Shown piece after piece: positions 10,340 to 21,235 of a stretch of DNA of 64,000 nt. This DNA comes from an uncultured Burkholderiales bacterium. Lineage in GTDB: Bacteria > Pseudomonadota > Gammaproteobacteria > Burkholderiales > Burkholderiaceae_C. Under the pieces are notes generated by a model. The model saw only the letters and a program-made list of their open reading frames with translations, was not told the DNA's origin and made no database searches. Numbering within the stretch: position 1 is the first letter of the stretch; each line of letters begins with the position of its first letter. The stretch lies in the NCBI GenBank assembly GCA_945952065.1, contig CAMFGY010000027.1:1763-65762 (forward strand), read 5' to 3'. Both the position numbers and the translations under genes were made by a program.

Positions 10340-10812
10340 GCATGGCGCCCTCACAACAAGCCCAGTTCAATATCGGCGAAGCGGCGGCGCGCTCGGGCGT
10401 GTCCGCCAAGATGCTGCGCCACTATGAATCGCTCGGCCTGCTCAGCGCCATTGCGCGCAGCGAGGCGGGCTACCGGCAGTACAGCGAACACGATGTGCAC
10501 ACGCTGCGCTTCATTCGCAGTGCCCGCGATCTTGGCTTCAAGATCACTGAAATTGCGCAACTGCTGCAGCTCTGGCAAGACCAGGGACGCAGCAGCGCCG
10601 AGGTCAAACGCATTGCGCTTGCGCATTTGGCCGACCTGGACCGGCGCATGGCCGAGATGGCCGCCATGCGGCAAAGCTTGCAAGCCCTGGTGCAGCATTG
10701 CAAGGGCGACCAACGACCGAATTGCCCCATTTTGGAGGGGCTGTCAGACGCCTCGAGCGCTGCATCGGCTGCATCGCTCAGGTGTCCACCCAACCAGCCA
10801 CACACAAGCTGA
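10336..10812 (+). CDS. cueR: Cu(I)-responsive MerR-family regulator
   Basis: MerR HTH ([19 protein letters not shown]), C-terminal [12 protein letters not shown]; ATGA overlap with copA. Confidence 0.93.
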   Translation: MSMAPSQQAQFNIGEAAARSGVSAKMLRHYESLGLLSAIARSEAGYRQYSEHDVHTLRFIRSARDLGFKITEIAQLLQLWQDQGRSSAEVKRIALAHLADLDRRMAEMAAMRQSLQALVQHCKGDQRPNCPILEGLSDASSAASAASLRCPPNQPHTS

Positions 10813-10989
10813 AGCGGCTTGGCGCGCGGCGACACCTGCGCGACACACTGCCACCCAAGCGCTGAGGCGCGTGAATTCAGCCACGTTTTTGCCCTTTCCG
10901 CGAGGCGGCCAACTCGGCTTCAAACGATAAATTTGATAAAAATGATTCCACTCTGAAACAACCGCCTTCTATCGTCCTGGAGCCCAGCC

Positions 10990-13806
10990 ATGAGTGAAGA
11001 AGAAATCCGAGCTTTGCTACTCGACAACCTGGAAGAATTGCTGCCGCGCCTGGCTCGATCCAGCTTGGTCTTGATGGAGTTCGACGCCCGCAGCAAGACA
11101 TGCTTGGCAGTCAACGAGGGGGCACAAGCCCAACTGGGTTTTGACGCCGAAGTCTTGGTGGGCCGTGATGCCAGTGAGTTGCTCAAGGTCGAGCCGCGAG
11201 AGTTTGATCGCCTTTGGCAAAGTGCTTTGGCTGGAGAGAAGGCCAATTTCCTTTGCAACCTGGATGGCGCCGATGGCTTCGGCATGGAATTGGTGGGCAC
11301 TTTGTTCAAAGGCGATCGCCCCGAAGTGGCCTACACCTTGTTGATGATGGCTCAGGCCAGCCCTGTGGGCAGCGATGAGTTGATGGCTTTGCGCAGTCGC
11401 TCTGAGGCCATCAATCGATCCCAGGCCGTGATTGAATTTGATTTGCAAGGACATGTCGTCAGCGTCAATGACAACTTCCTGAAGCTGATGGGCTATGTGG
11501 AGTCCGAGGTGCTCGGCAAACACCATGCCATGTTTTGCGAAGACCGATTCGCCAAATCGGAGGACTACCGCGAATTCTGGGACAAGTTGCGTGCAGGCCA
11601 GATTCATGACGGCGAATTCAAGCGCATTGGCCGAGGCGGTCGAGAGGTCTGGATTCGTGCCAGCTACAACCCCATTTTGGATGGTCGAGGTCGCCCGATC
11701 CGTATCGCCAAATATGCCATGGACGTCACCGCGGCCAAACTCCAGGCTGCCGAAATTTGTGGCAAGTTGGAGGCATTGGATCGAACCATGGCGCGCATCG
11801 AGTTCGACTTGGAAGGCAACGTTCTGGACGCCAATGAGAACTTCCTAAAACTCATGGACATGCGCGCCGAAGACCTGATGGGCCAGCACCATCGCATTTT
11901 TGTGGACCACGACTACGCGCGCTCTCAAGCCTACCGGCAGTTTTGGCAAAGCCTCGGGCAAGGCCAATACGACCGCGGTGAATACAAACGCTTTGGCCGT
12001 GATGGCAAAGAGGTTTGGTTGCAGGCCAGCTACAACCCGATCTTCGACCTCAATGGCCAGCCCATGAAGGTGGTGAAGTTCGCCCTTGACGTAACCGAAA
12101 ACAAAAAACGCGCGGCCGACTTCGAGGAGCGCGTCAATGCAATCAACCGATCACAATTGGCAGTTGAGTTCGATTTGGAAGGCCGGGTCATTTGGGCCAA
12201 TGAAGGTTTTCTCAGCTTGACGGGTTTCGCCCTCAAAGACATTCAGGGCAGGCCCCATCGCATATTCTGTGAGCCCGGTCAAAGCCACGCGGATACCGAG
12301 AGTGAACTGTGGACCCAACTCAAGCGCGGTGAGTTTGAGGCCGGTGAATTCAAGCGCCGAGGCAAGGAGCAACAGGAAATCTGGCTGCAAGCCTCCTACA
12401 ACCCGATCCTGGATCTGAACGGTAAGCCCTGCAAGGTCGTGATGTACGCGGAAGACGTGACACAGACCAAACTCCGCAATGCCGAGTTCGAGGGCAAAGT
12501 CAAAGCCATCAGCCGCGCCCAGTCCGTGGCTGAGTTTTCGCTAGATGGCACTGTTTTGCACGCCAACGACAACTTCTTGCAACTGATGGGATACAAGCTG
12601 GAGGAAGTGCGAGGCAAGCACCACAGAATCTTTTGCGAACACGCCGGCACCAACTCCGAGCAATACCTGAGCTTTTGGGAAAAACTCAGCCGCGGCGAGT
12701 TTGAAAGCGGAGAGTACAAGCGCCGCAACAAAGAAGGCCAAGACATCTACATCCAAGCGACTTACAACCCAATCTTCGACCTCGACGGACGGCCAGTGAA
12801 GATCGTCAAGTTCGCCATTGACGTGACCAAGAGCAAAACACGCAACAGCGAATTTGAGAGCCGGGTTCTGGCCGTGGACCGTGGCCAGGCAGTGATCGAA
12901 TTCGATCTGGACGGCCATATCCTCAAGGCCAATGAAAACTTCCTAAGGGTGATGGGCTACTCTGCCCGTGAAGTGCAAGGGCAGCATCACAGCATGTTCT
13001 GCACTGCCGACTACATCCGCAGCCAGTCCTACCGAGACTTCTGGCTGGCTCTCAACAAGGGCGAATTCCAATCAGGTCGCTACCACCGCGTGGGCAAGTT
13101 CAATCGTGATGTCTACATTCAGGCCAGCTACAGCCCCATCTTGAACCTGCGTGGCGAACCCGAGCGCATCATCAAGTACGCATACGATGTCACTGATCAG
13201 GTCTTGCTGGAGCAAAAGATTGCCCAAAAAACCACCGCCATGACGGAGGTCGTTCAGCAGCTCGGCGCTTCGATCGACAACATTGCACAGTTCAGCAATG
13301 CCGCCACAGAGATTGCAAGCGGCACACAGCGTGCCGCTGAACAAGGCTTCGAGGCCTTGCGCGGTGCGATTGAATCGATCGAGCTGATCCAGCGCTCATC
13401 GGGCGAGATCAGCGAAATCGTCAAAGTCATTGATGAAATCTCCAGCCAGACGAATCTGTTGGCCTTCAACGCCGCAATAGAGGCCGCTCGCGCGGGCGAA
13501 CATGGCGTGGGCTTTTCCGTGGTGGCCGGTGAAGTGCGGCGACTGGCCGAGCGCAGCTCGCAAGCCGCCCGCGAAATTGGCAAGCTCATCAATGAGTCGA
13601 CGGTGCGGATCACGCAGGGCAATGAACGCTCTCAAAACGCCAAACAATCCTTTGAGGGTATTGTCAGCAGCGTCAGAAAAACGAGCACCACCATCCATGA
13701 CATCGCGAATTCGACCCGAGCACAGCAAAAAGTCTCCACGCAGGTGGTGAGCCTGATCAGCGAGTTAAGCTTCGCCGGACCAGGCCAGCATTCGGCCGGG
13801 CAATAG
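10990..13806 (+). CDS. Soluble multi-PAS methyl-accepting chemotaxis protein
   Basis: No TM segments. Five repeats of [[14 protein letters not shown]..ANxNF...[14 protein letters not shown]] plus an N-terminal PAS-like region, then a short signalling domain with [34 protein letters not shown]. Confidence 0.93.
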   Translation: MSEEEIRALLLDNLEELLPRLARSSLVLMEFDARSKTCLAVNEGAQAQLGFDAEVLVGRDASELLKVEPREFDRLWQSALAGEKANFLCNLDGADGFGMELVGTLFKGDRPEVAYTLLMMAQASPVGSDELMALRSRSEAINRSQAVIEFDLQGHVVSVNDNFLKLMGYVESEVLGKHHAMFCEDRFAKSEDYREFWDKLRAGQIHDGEFKRIGRGGREVWIRASYNPILDGRGRPIRIAKYAMDVTAAKLQAAEICGKLEALDRTMARIEFDLEGNVLDANENFLKLMDMRAEDLMGQHHRIFVDHDYARSQAYRQFWQSLGQGQYDRGEYKRFGRDGKEVWLQASYNPIFDLNGQPMKVVKFALDVTENKKRAADFEERVNAINRSQLAVEFDLEGRVIWANEGFLSLTGFALKDIQGRPHRIFCEPGQSHADTESELWTQLKRGEFEAGEFKRRGKEQQEIWLQASYNPILDLNGKPCKVVMYAEDVTQTKLRNAEFEGKVKAISRAQSVAEFSLDGTVLHANDNFLQLMGYKLEEVRGKHHRIFCEHAGTNSEQYLSFWEKLSRGEFESGEYKRRNKEGQDIYIQATYNPIFDLDGRPVKIVKFAIDVTKSKTRNSEFESRVLAVDRGQAVIEFDLDGHILKANENFLRVMGYSAREVQGQHHSMFCTADYIRSQSYRDFWLALNKGEFQSGRYHRVGKFNRDVYIQASYSPILNLRGEPERIIKYAYDVTDQVLLEQKIAQKTTAMTEVVQQLGASIDNIAQFSNAATEIASGTQRAAEQGFEALRGAIESIELIQRSSGEISEIVKVIDEISSQTNLLAFNAAIEAARAGEHGVGFSVVAGEVRRLAERSSQAAREIGKLINESTVRITQGNERSQNAKQSFEGIVSSVRKTSTTIHDIANSTRAQQKVSTQVVSLISELSFAGPGQHSAGQ

Positions 13807-13857
13807 GCTGGCTTTGATGGTGCGCCTGAACCTTCTCGATTTACCTGAGCTCGCATC

Positions 13858-15486
13858 ATGACCACTGCTCCAGCGCAAGTCCTTCGAAATGACGGCGCGC
13901 GGCCGGCAGCTCGGTCCATATTCGGTCTGTTTCGCATAGATGGTGTGCATCTGGCACTTCCAGTCAGCTGCATGCGCGAGGTCCTGCCCTGTCCGGAACC
14001 CCTCCCTCCCTTGCCCTGCCCTGCCCAAGGCCTTGTGGGCTGCATCGAGGTGCGCGGGGTGATGCTACCGGTGTTGGACGTTTGCGCCCTGCTTGGCCCA
14101 ATCAGTCCGGCAAGTCATGAGCGCATCATCATCGTGCTGCGCTGGCAGTCGCGCTTGCTGGGCATTCTGGTGGGCCAGGTAGAGGGTATGGCCCGCATCG
14201 ATCAACAGGCCTTGATGCGCTTGCAACGCCCCGGCGGTAGCCAAACCCGCGCCTTGGTCTCACATTTGTTCGAATATGAAGGCCATTCGGTTAGCGTGCT
14301 GGACCCAGCGAAAATTGCTGAATTGCCCGATGTTCCCTGGGTCGATGAACCGCAGCGCGAGCCCGAGCCCAGCCCCAGTGAAGGGGACATATTGGAGACC
14401 CCGCTGAGCTTGGCCTCGCACCAAAGTCAGCATCAGGAGTCCATTTTGTTGTTTCATTGCGCCGGCCGCCAACTGGGTGTGAGTGCCCTGGATGTGCATG
14501 CCACGGTGCCGCGCTGCGCCATTTTGGCCAGTCCCTTGCGCGGAGGCATCTGCCAAGGGGTGATTCAGCACCACGGTCGCCAGGTGCCGGTCGTCAACAC
14601 CTTGGCATTGTTGAATCTGGGCCAGCTGCCCCAGGTAAACGAGGCTGCGCTGTTGATACTTCGATTTCCGGACCAAGGCTTGGTCGGCCTGATGATCGAT
14701 GGCGTCAGTGACATCTTGCGTATCGCGCCGAGCCAAACCCTGCCCATGCCGCGTCTGGCGGTGCCACAAGCCGCATGGTTCCGCTTTGCGATTGACCTGC
14801 GTGCTTGGTCCATGGCCGGCCTGAGCGAAGCCCACCCAAATGGCCCACAAGCCATGGTGTTGAACGTGCCGGCCTTGCAGCAAAAAAGCCATTTGGCCGG
14901 GCTGGCGAGTTTGAGTAGCAAAGCCCTCTGTGCAACGCCGCTTGATCGCCGAGCCAGTCCATTTAGGAATGAAGGCACTCGCAGCGGCCGTCCAAGCCGC
15001 CGTCCGTTTTTGCGCTTTCAGTTCAGCGGCCAAGACTTTGCCTGCCCGCTAGACCAGATCAGCGAGATCTTGCCCTTCAAAGCGAGGGAGCTGGCTCGCA
15101 CCAGCACCGATGCCCAGGTGCTGGGCATGATGGCCCACCGCGGCAAAACCTTGACGGTGATGTGTCTCGCCACGGTGTTGGAAAGTCAACCGCCGAATGA
15201 AGCCGGAAGGGCTCATATCCTGGTGGTCAATACCCGCCACGAAGCGGTGGGCTTTTGCGTGGAGAGTCTGCGCGCCATTGCCTCAGGCCATCGTTTGGCG
15301 GGACCGCAAACGTCCAGCCCGAGCAGCACCTTGCCGGCCATCGCGTATGCAAAATCCTTGGTGGAACTTGACCTGGAGGGCGGCTTGGATTGCGTCCCCA
15401 GCATGGACTTGGTTCAACTTGCCGAGACTCTGTTGAGCAGGGCAGAACAAAACCAGGCCGCGCCCGACCTTGCCCCAGCGAGTTGA
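13858..15486 (+). CDS. Protein with three tandem CheW-like domains
   Basis: Three CheW starts (FRIDGVHLALPVSCMREV; FHCAGRQLGVSALDVHATV; FQFSGQDFACPLDQISEIL), each followed by a G..RG..PV.D-like strand and a G..V..V motif. Confidence 0.85.
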   Translation: MTTAPAQVLRNDGARPAARSIFGLFRIDGVHLALPVSCMREVLPCPEPLPPLPCPAQGLVGCIEVRGVMLPVLDVCALLGPISPASHERIIIVLRWQSRLLGILVGQVEGMARIDQQALMRLQRPGGSQTRALVSHLFEYEGHSVSVLDPAKIAELPDVPWVDEPQREPEPSPSEGDILETPLSLASHQSQHQESILLFHCAGRQLGVSALDVHATVPRCAILASPLRGGICQGVIQHHGRQVPVVNTLALLNLGQLPQVNEAALLILRFPDQGLVGLMIDGVSDILRIAPSQTLPMPRLAVPQAAWFRFAIDLRAWSMAGLSEAHPNGPQAMVLNVPALQQKSHLAGLASLSSKALCATPLDRRASPFRNEGTRSGRPSRRPFLRFQFSGQDFACPLDQISEILPFKARELARTSTDAQVLGMMAHRGKTLTVMCLATVLESQPPNEAGRAHILVVNTRHEAVGFCVESLRAIASGHRLAGPQTSSPSSTLPAIAYAKSLVELDLEGGLDCVPSMDLVQLAETLLSRAEQNQAAPDLAPAS

Positions 15487-15503
15487 CCGCAACGGCCTCG
15501 GCC

Positions 15504-16238
15504 TCAGCTAGACGGCCCCGTCAGAAACCCGTCCTTTTGCATGCCAAGCAAGGCTTCGTCGAGCTGCGCCAGACTCAAGCCCGCTTGGCGCGACTGAGGC
15601 GCAAGCGCGCAGCGCAGCTCGGTACTTTGCAGCACCAAAGGTGTGTGCAAGGGCAGATTGAACAACCCGATCTGCCGCTGATAGTCGAGATAGCTGCGAC
15701 TGACGATCGCATGATTGATGCGCTTGGCTTGCAGACGACGCAACAAGGCTTGCGCGTCTGGCCCATCGTCGCGGATGAATTGCCGCCCCAATGCGCGCTC
15801 CAAGCCGGTGTATTTGAAACCGGCAATGCTGCCCACCACTTGCCCAGCCAAATCTTGCAAATGCTGAGGTGCCGGCGCGTCCGCTCGGGTCACCACCCAA
15901 TCGACATGCTGGGCAAATGGCCGACTCCATTGCAAGGGACCGCTGAGCCATGACTGCGCATAGCCACAAACCAGATCGGCCTCACCTGCCAGCAGCGCCT
16001 GACCCAATCGCTTGCGCGCCACCGGTACAAACTGCACCTCCCGCCCCAAACGCCGTCCGAGCTCTAAACCCAAGGCATGACTCAGGCCAGAGCGCAACTC
16101 TCCTCCTTCAAATTTTGCATAGGGCATCGAAGCACTGGTGTCCACCAGCACCCGCAACCCAGCCGCCTCGGCGCGCCAGAGAAACATGCTCCCCAGGGCC
16201 AAAACCGCCATCCATTGCTTCACTCGCCCTAGCCTCAT
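15504..16238 (-). CDS. Periplasmic substrate-binding protein, family 3-like (orphan)
   Basis: Signal peptide; MPY...G, ARKRL..AL..GEADL, LQDLAGQVVGSIAGFKY pattern. Confidence 0.75.
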   Translation of the reverse strand: MRLGRVKQWMAVLALGSMFLWRAEAAGLRVLVDTSASMPYAKFEGGELRSGLSHALGLELGRRLGREVQFVPVARKRLGQALLAGEADLVCGYAQSWLSGPLQWSRPFAQHVDWVVTRADAPAPQHLQDLAGQVVGSIAGFKYTGLERALGRQFIRDDGPDAQALLRRLQAKRINHAIVSRSYLDYQRQIGLFNLPLHTPLVLQSTELRCALAPQSRQAGLSLAQLDEALLGMQKDGFLTGPSS

Positions 16239-16422
16239 TGATTTTGATCAGCGCTCAAAACTTGCAGAATAACGTCTCAATTTCTTTGAAGCCCCCAAGA
16301 AATGCGGAATATGCCTCAGTAGCGCACAGTTGTTCAAAGCAAGGCCATGCATATCACCGCATCGGCAGCGCGCCAATCGGCTGCGAGGAACGTGTCGGAC
16401 GCGTCGGACATGGCGTCAGGCT

Positions 16423-17292
16423 TCAGGCCAAAACGCCCGCCTGAAAGTCGCGCACCGCTTGGATCAACTCCGCCTGGGTGTTCATCACAAAAGGCCCGTG
16501 TTGCGCAATGGGCTCGTTCAGCGGTCGCCCGGCCACCACAATGGCGCGCGCCCCGCTGCTGCCTGCACTGAAGCGCAAGCCCTCACTGCCCGGCGTGTTG
16601 GCCAAGATGGCCATGCGTTGCAGGGGCACTTGCACCCCACCGTCAAACTGCAGATCACCCCGGTACACATAGACAAAGGCGTTGTGGCTGTCGGGCAAGG
16701 GCTGACTGAAGCTCGCGCCCGGCGCCAGATGCAGATCCAGGTACAAGGGCTCGGTGTGCTCACGCTGCACCGCGCCGGCCACGCCATGGCTTTGGCCCGC
16801 GATCACTCGCACCTTGACGCCCTCAAGCTCGAACTCGGGGATTTGCGCACTGGGAATGTCGCGGTACCAAGGCGCGCGCATTTTGTCGAAGCTGGGCAAG
16901 TTCAGCCAGAGCTGAAAGCCCTCCATGCGCCCCTCTTCCTGCTCGGGCAACTCGCTGTGGATGACGCCACGCCCGGCCGTCATCCACTGCACGCCCCCAT
17001 TACCCAGCAAGCCTTCGTTGCCGGCGGAATCGCGGTGACGCATGCGGCCTTCCAACATATAGGTGATGGTCTCAAAGCCGCGATGCGGGTGGTCAGGGAA
17101 GCCGGCGATGTAGTCATCGGCGCGGTCCGAGCCAAAGGCGTCCAGCATCAAAAAGGGGTCGAGGCGGCGCTGCAGGTTTTGCGTCAAGACCCGGGTCAGC
17201 TTGACGCCAGCGCCATCGCTGGTGGCCTGGCCGGCAACCAAACGCTCCACGGCGCGCGGCTGGCTCAACGGGGTTTTCATGGGGCTCATCAT
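16423..17292 (-). CDS. Pirin family protein
   Basis: DPFLMLD, GFPDHPHRGFETITY, GGVQWMTAGRGVIHSE, HGPFVMNT. Confidence 0.95.
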   Translation of the reverse strand: MMSPMKTPLSQPRAVERLVAGQATSDGAGVKLTRVLTQNLQRRLDPFLMLDAFGSDRADDYIAGFPDHPHRGFETITYMLEGRMRHRDSAGNEGLLGNGGVQWMTAGRGVIHSELPEQEEGRMEGFQLWLNLPSFDKMRAPWYRDIPSAQIPEFELEGVKVRVIAGQSHGVAGAVQREHTEPLYLDLHLAPGASFSQPLPDSHNAFVYVYRGDLQFDGGVQVPLQRMAILANTPGSEGLRFSAGSSGARAIVVAGRPLNEPIAQHGPFVMNTQAELIQAVRDFQAGVLA

Positions 17293-17306
17293 GGCTCAAC
17301 GACCTT

Positions 17307-17699
17307 TCATCCTTGTTGCATGCACACCGAGTACGGCGATTGTGCGGGCTCGGCTTGGCGCCGGGCAAAGCTCAAACTCAGGCCCAACAGGACCAGCGCG
17401 GGAAGGCCTTGGCTCAAGGGGGTGTACAGGGCATGAAAGCCCAGCGCGCCCAGCATCACCATCGCCAGGCCCGAGGCCGCCCAAGCCCGCAGCACCGGCA
17501 CAAAAAGCCCGATCGCACCGGCCACTTCGGCGGCACCGATGAAATAGCCAAACCAGGCCGGCAGCCCCATCAAGGCAAAACTCTCATGCAGTTGCGGCAC
17601 GCCGGCCAGCTTGGCGGCCCCGGCCGCCAACACAGGCAGGGCCAGCAAAACCAGGGCGCCGCGACGCAGCACATTCTTTGTTCGATTCTTGGCATTCAT
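17307..17699 (-). CDS. DoxX family membrane protein
   Basis: Four hydrophobic helices; AGAAKL, GLPAWF..FIGAAEVAGAIGL motif. Confidence 0.8.
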   Translation of the reverse strand: MNAKNRTKNVLRRGALVLLALPVLAAGAAKLAGVPQLHESFALMGLPAWFGYFIGAAEVAGAIGLFVPVLRAWAASGLAMVMLGALGFHALYTPLSQGLPALVLLGLSLSFARRQAEPAQSPYSVCMQQG

Positions 17700-17732
17700 C
17701 TCACGCTCCAAGTTGTTCGATGCCTGATGGGC

Positions 17733-18359
17733 TCAATGACTCAGCGCAGCAATCTGCTCGCGCGCCGCACCCAGGCCACGGGCCTCGGACTCCGGCCCCA
17801 TGGCCAAGCCCTCGGCGTAAATAAAGTGCAAATCGCTCATGCCCAGAAAGCCCAGCACCGTGCGCAGATAGGGCACCATGGTGTCGGCCGCTTGGTCGCG
17901 GTAAATGCCGCCGCGCGTGAGCACCACATAGACTTTCTTGCCCTTGAGCAAGCCTTCGGGGCCCTGGGCGGTGTAGCGGAAAGTAACGCCGGCCTTGGCC
18001 ACGGCGTCAATCCAATTCTTCAGCTGCGCAGGCACGCCAAAGTTGATCATCGGCACGGCCAGCACCAATACATCAGCGCCGCGCAGCTGCTCCACCAAGG
18101 CCATGTCCAGCGCCACGCGCTCGGCCTGGGCCGGGCTGCGCTGTTCAGCCGGGGTGAACATGGCCTGCAAGGCCGTCTCGTCCAAGACGGGATGCGGCTG
18201 CTCGTTCAAGTCCAGGACTTCGACTTCAGCCGCTTCGGCGCGCGCTTGGGCCTGACGCAACAGACCCTGCACCAACTCTTGAGCCAAACGGGTGGAGTTG
18301 GAGCCTTGGCCGTCTTGCTGCAAACGGCGGGCGCTGGAATTGATTTGCAAAATCTTCAT
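17733..18359 (-). CDS. azoR: FMN-dependent NADH:quinone/azoreductase
   Basis: [41 protein letters not shown] motifs. Confidence 0.93.
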   Translation of the reverse strand: MKILQINSSARRLQQDGQGSNSTRLAQELVQGLLRQAQARAEAAEVEVLDLNEQPHPVLDETALQAMFTPAEQRSPAQAERVALDMALVEQLRGADVLVLAVPMINFGVPAQLKNWIDAVAKAGVTFRYTAQGPEGLLKGKKVYVVLTRGGIYRDQAADTMVPYLRTVLGFLGMSDLHFIYAEGLAMGPESEARGLGAAREQIAALSH

Positions 18360-18512
18360 GGCGTGTGCTTTCTTGGGGCGCGGCTTGCGCGGCGGGTGTT
18401 GACGATGGCCTCACTGTATTGATGCTCATGCAGCACCGGAAGCCGTCAAATTGGATAACATCGTTCCACCAATGCACCAATCAAGCCCCATCACCCGATC
18501 AAGACCCCTCCC

Positions 18513-19448
18513 ATGAGCCTGGACGCCGACGATCTCTTGCTTTTCGCCCGCGTGGTGGAAGCCGGCAGCTTCAGCCGGGCCGCCGAACGGCTGCAGCTGC
18601 CCAAATCCACCGTCTCGCGCCGCATCGCCGCGCTGGAGCAGCGCCTGGGTGAAAAGCTGCTGCAGCGCAGCACGCGCAGCCTGATGCTCACCGAGTTCGG
18701 CACCGGCGTCTTGGAACATGCCCGCGCCTTGGCGGGCGAGGTCGACAGCGCTCTGGCCCTGGCCCTGCACCGCCAGCAACGCCCGAGCGGGCGGCTGCGC
18801 GTCTCGATGCCGGGCGATTTGGCCAATCTGGCCTTGAGCGGCATGCTCAGCCGCTTTGTACAGGACTACCCCGAGGTGACGCTTTCGCTGGATCTCTCGC
18901 CGCGGCGGGTGGACCTGATCGCCGAGGGCTTTGATCTGGCGGTGCGCATGGGCACTTTGGCCGAGGACAGCCAACTCGCGGCGCGCCGCCTGGCCCTGTT
19001 CAGCAATGGCCTGTACGCCTCGCCCCGCTATCTGCAAACGCATGGTGAGCCGCTGCTGCCCGAAGCCTTGCATGACGCGCATGGCTTGATGATTCTGAGC
19101 CGCTCGGGCGAGCCCATGCCCTGGCATTTGCACAAAAACCAAGGCAGCCCGAACGAGCAAAGCTGGCAAGGCCTGCCGCGTCAACGCAGCCTGGTCAACG
19201 CGCCCGATCTGCTGCTGAAGATGGCCTGCGCCGGTGTCGGCATCACGGCCGTGGGTGAGCACTTCGCGCAGGACTATGTGGCGCGCGGTGAATTGCTGCG
19301 CATCTTGCCCGATTGGTGTCTGGCCCCGGTGCCCTGCTGGGCCGTCTTTCCCGAGCGCCGTTTGATGCCGCTGCGCACCCGGGTTTTCTTGGAGGCTCTG
19401 AGCGCAGCGCTGTCCCACTGCCCTGGGCAGGGCCAAGAAAAGCCCTGA
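18513..19448 (+). CDS. LysR-family regulator (DmlR-like)
   Basis: N-terminal HTH (FARVVEAGSFSRAAERL..PKSTVSRRIAALE), LIAEGFDLAVR; divergent from azoR. Confidence 0.93.
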   Translation: MSLDADDLLLFARVVEAGSFSRAAERLQLPKSTVSRRIAALEQRLGEKLLQRSTRSLMLTEFGTGVLEHARALAGEVDSALALALHRQQRPSGRLRVSMPGDLANLALSGMLSRFVQDYPEVTLSLDLSPRRVDLIAEGFDLAVRMGTLAEDSQLAARRLALFSNGLYASPRYLQTHGEPLLPEALHDAHGLMILSRSGEPMPWHLHKNQGSPNEQSWQGLPRQRSLVNAPDLLLKMACAGVGITAVGEHFAQDYVARGELLRILPDWCLAPVPCWAVFPERRLMPLRTRVFLEALSAALSHCPGQGQEKP

Positions 19449-19650
19449 ACCAGCGCCCTGCATCGAGACGCAAGCACCGGCGCAAATGCAGGCGCTTGCG
19501 CGCCATCGAAAGCGTTCCCCAAGGCGCGCAGCCATGCCATACTTTGCCCAGCGCGAGGCCACGCCCTAACTCCCCATTTGCTCGCAGCCCCTGACGCGCA
19601 GACTGAGCGCTCTTGCTCATGCCCTGACAGCTTTGTTCGGAGGACGGAAC

Positions 19651-21219
19651 ATGGATCTGACAGTCTGGATGCGGCGGTTCACCATTCGCCTGCGCATGCA
19701 AGGCGCGATTGGCATTGTGCTGGGCATGTTTGCCCTGGTCGGCATCACCGGCTTCCTGGGGGGCCGACAGCTCCAACACCTGAACGCCGAGTTCATGGAC
19801 CATTCGGTCGCTGAACTGCGTCATCTCGCAGAAATCCGCAGCGCGCTCGCCGAGGTGCGGCTGCTGGAGAAAGACATGGTGATCAATTACGAAGATGGCA
19901 TTGCCGTGCTCAAGGCGCGGGAAGCCTGGCAGGCCGCCATCCAGAAAACCAAGGACGGTTTGGCCGCCTTGCTGGAAGGTGAAGAAGATGAAGACAACCC
20001 CTTGGCGCGCGAGGCGACCGAGCTGATGGCCGCCTACAGCAAAGACTCGCTGCCGGTGTTGGCGCAAATTCAAGACGGCGGCTTTGACACCGCCAAGGTC
20101 GCTGACCGCATGCTGGAACGCGCCAAAGCGCATATGACCGGTGTTGAGCTGCGCGTTGCCAAGATCGCCCTCATCCTGGATGCCGAGGCCCAGGAGACCC
20201 AAGTCGGCTTTAACGCGTCGATGCGGCAGATCGGCTATGTGTTCCTCGGCGTGCTGGCCATTGTGGTGCTGGCGGTCGTGCCCCTGACCTTGATGAACTC
20301 ACACAGCATCATCAGCCCGATGCGCTACGCCCGCACGGTGGCGCAGGCGATTGCCGCGGGTGATTTGAACCGCCAAATCCAATTCGTGGGGCAAGACGAA
20401 GCGGCCGACCTGCTCTCGTCCTTGAAGACGATGCAAGACTCGCTGCGCTTGCTGGTCAACCAAGTGCGCGAGTCCACCCAGCACATCGAGAGCGCCAGTG
20501 TCGAAGTGGCAGCCGGCAATCAAGACCTGAGCGAGCGCACCGAGCAAGCCGCGTCGAATCTGCAAAGCACGGCCAGCTCCATGGACCAACTGACCGGCGG
20601 CGTGCGCCAAAGCGCCGAGGCCGCCATGACGGCAAAGCAGCTGGCCGGCTCTGCGGCGGAGTTTGCGCAGCGCGGCGGCAGCGTGGTGGCGGAAGTGGTG
20701 TCCACCATGGGTCGCATCAATCAAAGCTCAAGGCGCATCGGAGACATCATTGGCGTGATTGATGGCATTGCCTTTCAAACCAATATCTTGGCGCTGAACG
20801 CTGCGGTTGAAGCCGCACGCGCCGGCGAGCAAGGACGAGGCTTTGCCGTCGTTGCCAGCGAAGTGCGCTCCTTGGCCCAGCGCAGCGCCGAGGCCGCGCG
20901 CGAAATCAAGCAACTGATCGGAGCCAGTGTCGAACAAGTCGATGCGGGCTCGCGGCTGGTTCAGGACGCTGGGACAACCATGGACGAGATCGTCGCCTCG
21001 GTGCAGCATGTCAGCACCATGATTGGCGACATTGCCAGCGGAACTTCGGATCAAAGCCAGCGCATCGCCCAAGTCAATCAAGCCATCAATGAGCTCGACC
21101 GCATGACCCAGCAAAACGCGGCCTTGGTCGAACAATCGGCGGCAGCAGCAGAGAGCCTGCGCGAGCAATCACAAAAACTCGGGGCCGCGGTGTCGCAATT
21201 TCATCTTGACGCCCGCTGA
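19651..21219 (+). CDS. Transmembrane methyl-accepting chemotaxis protein
   Basis: Two TM helices around a helical periplasmic domain, HAMP, and [34 protein letters not shown]; GGAGG SD. Confidence 0.95.
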   Translation: MDLTVWMRRFTIRLRMQGAIGIVLGMFALVGITGFLGGRQLQHLNAEFMDHSVAELRHLAEIRSALAEVRLLEKDMVINYEDGIAVLKAREAWQAAIQKTKDGLAALLEGEEDEDNPLAREATELMAAYSKDSLPVLAQIQDGGFDTAKVADRMLERAKAHMTGVELRVAKIALILDAEAQETQVGFNASMRQIGYVFLGVLAIVVLAVVPLTLMNSHSIISPMRYARTVAQAIAAGDLNRQIQFVGQDEAADLLSSLKTMQDSLRLLVNQVRESTQHIESASVEVAAGNQDLSERTEQAASNLQSTASSMDQLTGGVRQSAEAAMTAKQLAGSAAEFAQRGGSVVAEVVSTMGRINQSSRRIGDIIGVIDGIAFQTNILALNAAVEAARAGEQGRGFAVVASEVRSLAQRSAEAAREIKQLIGASVEQVDAGSRLVQDAGTTMDEIVASVQHVSTMIGDIASGTSDQSQRIAQVNQAINELDRMTQQNAALVEQSAAAAESLREQSQKLGAAVSQFHLDAR

Positions 21220-21235
21220 GCCCCGAGCGCGCGCT

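Noticed and set aside
10900-10940. Sigma28 promoter for the PAS chemoreceptor (AACGATAA)
   Set aside because: Partial -10 match only; no TAAA -35 at the right spacing.
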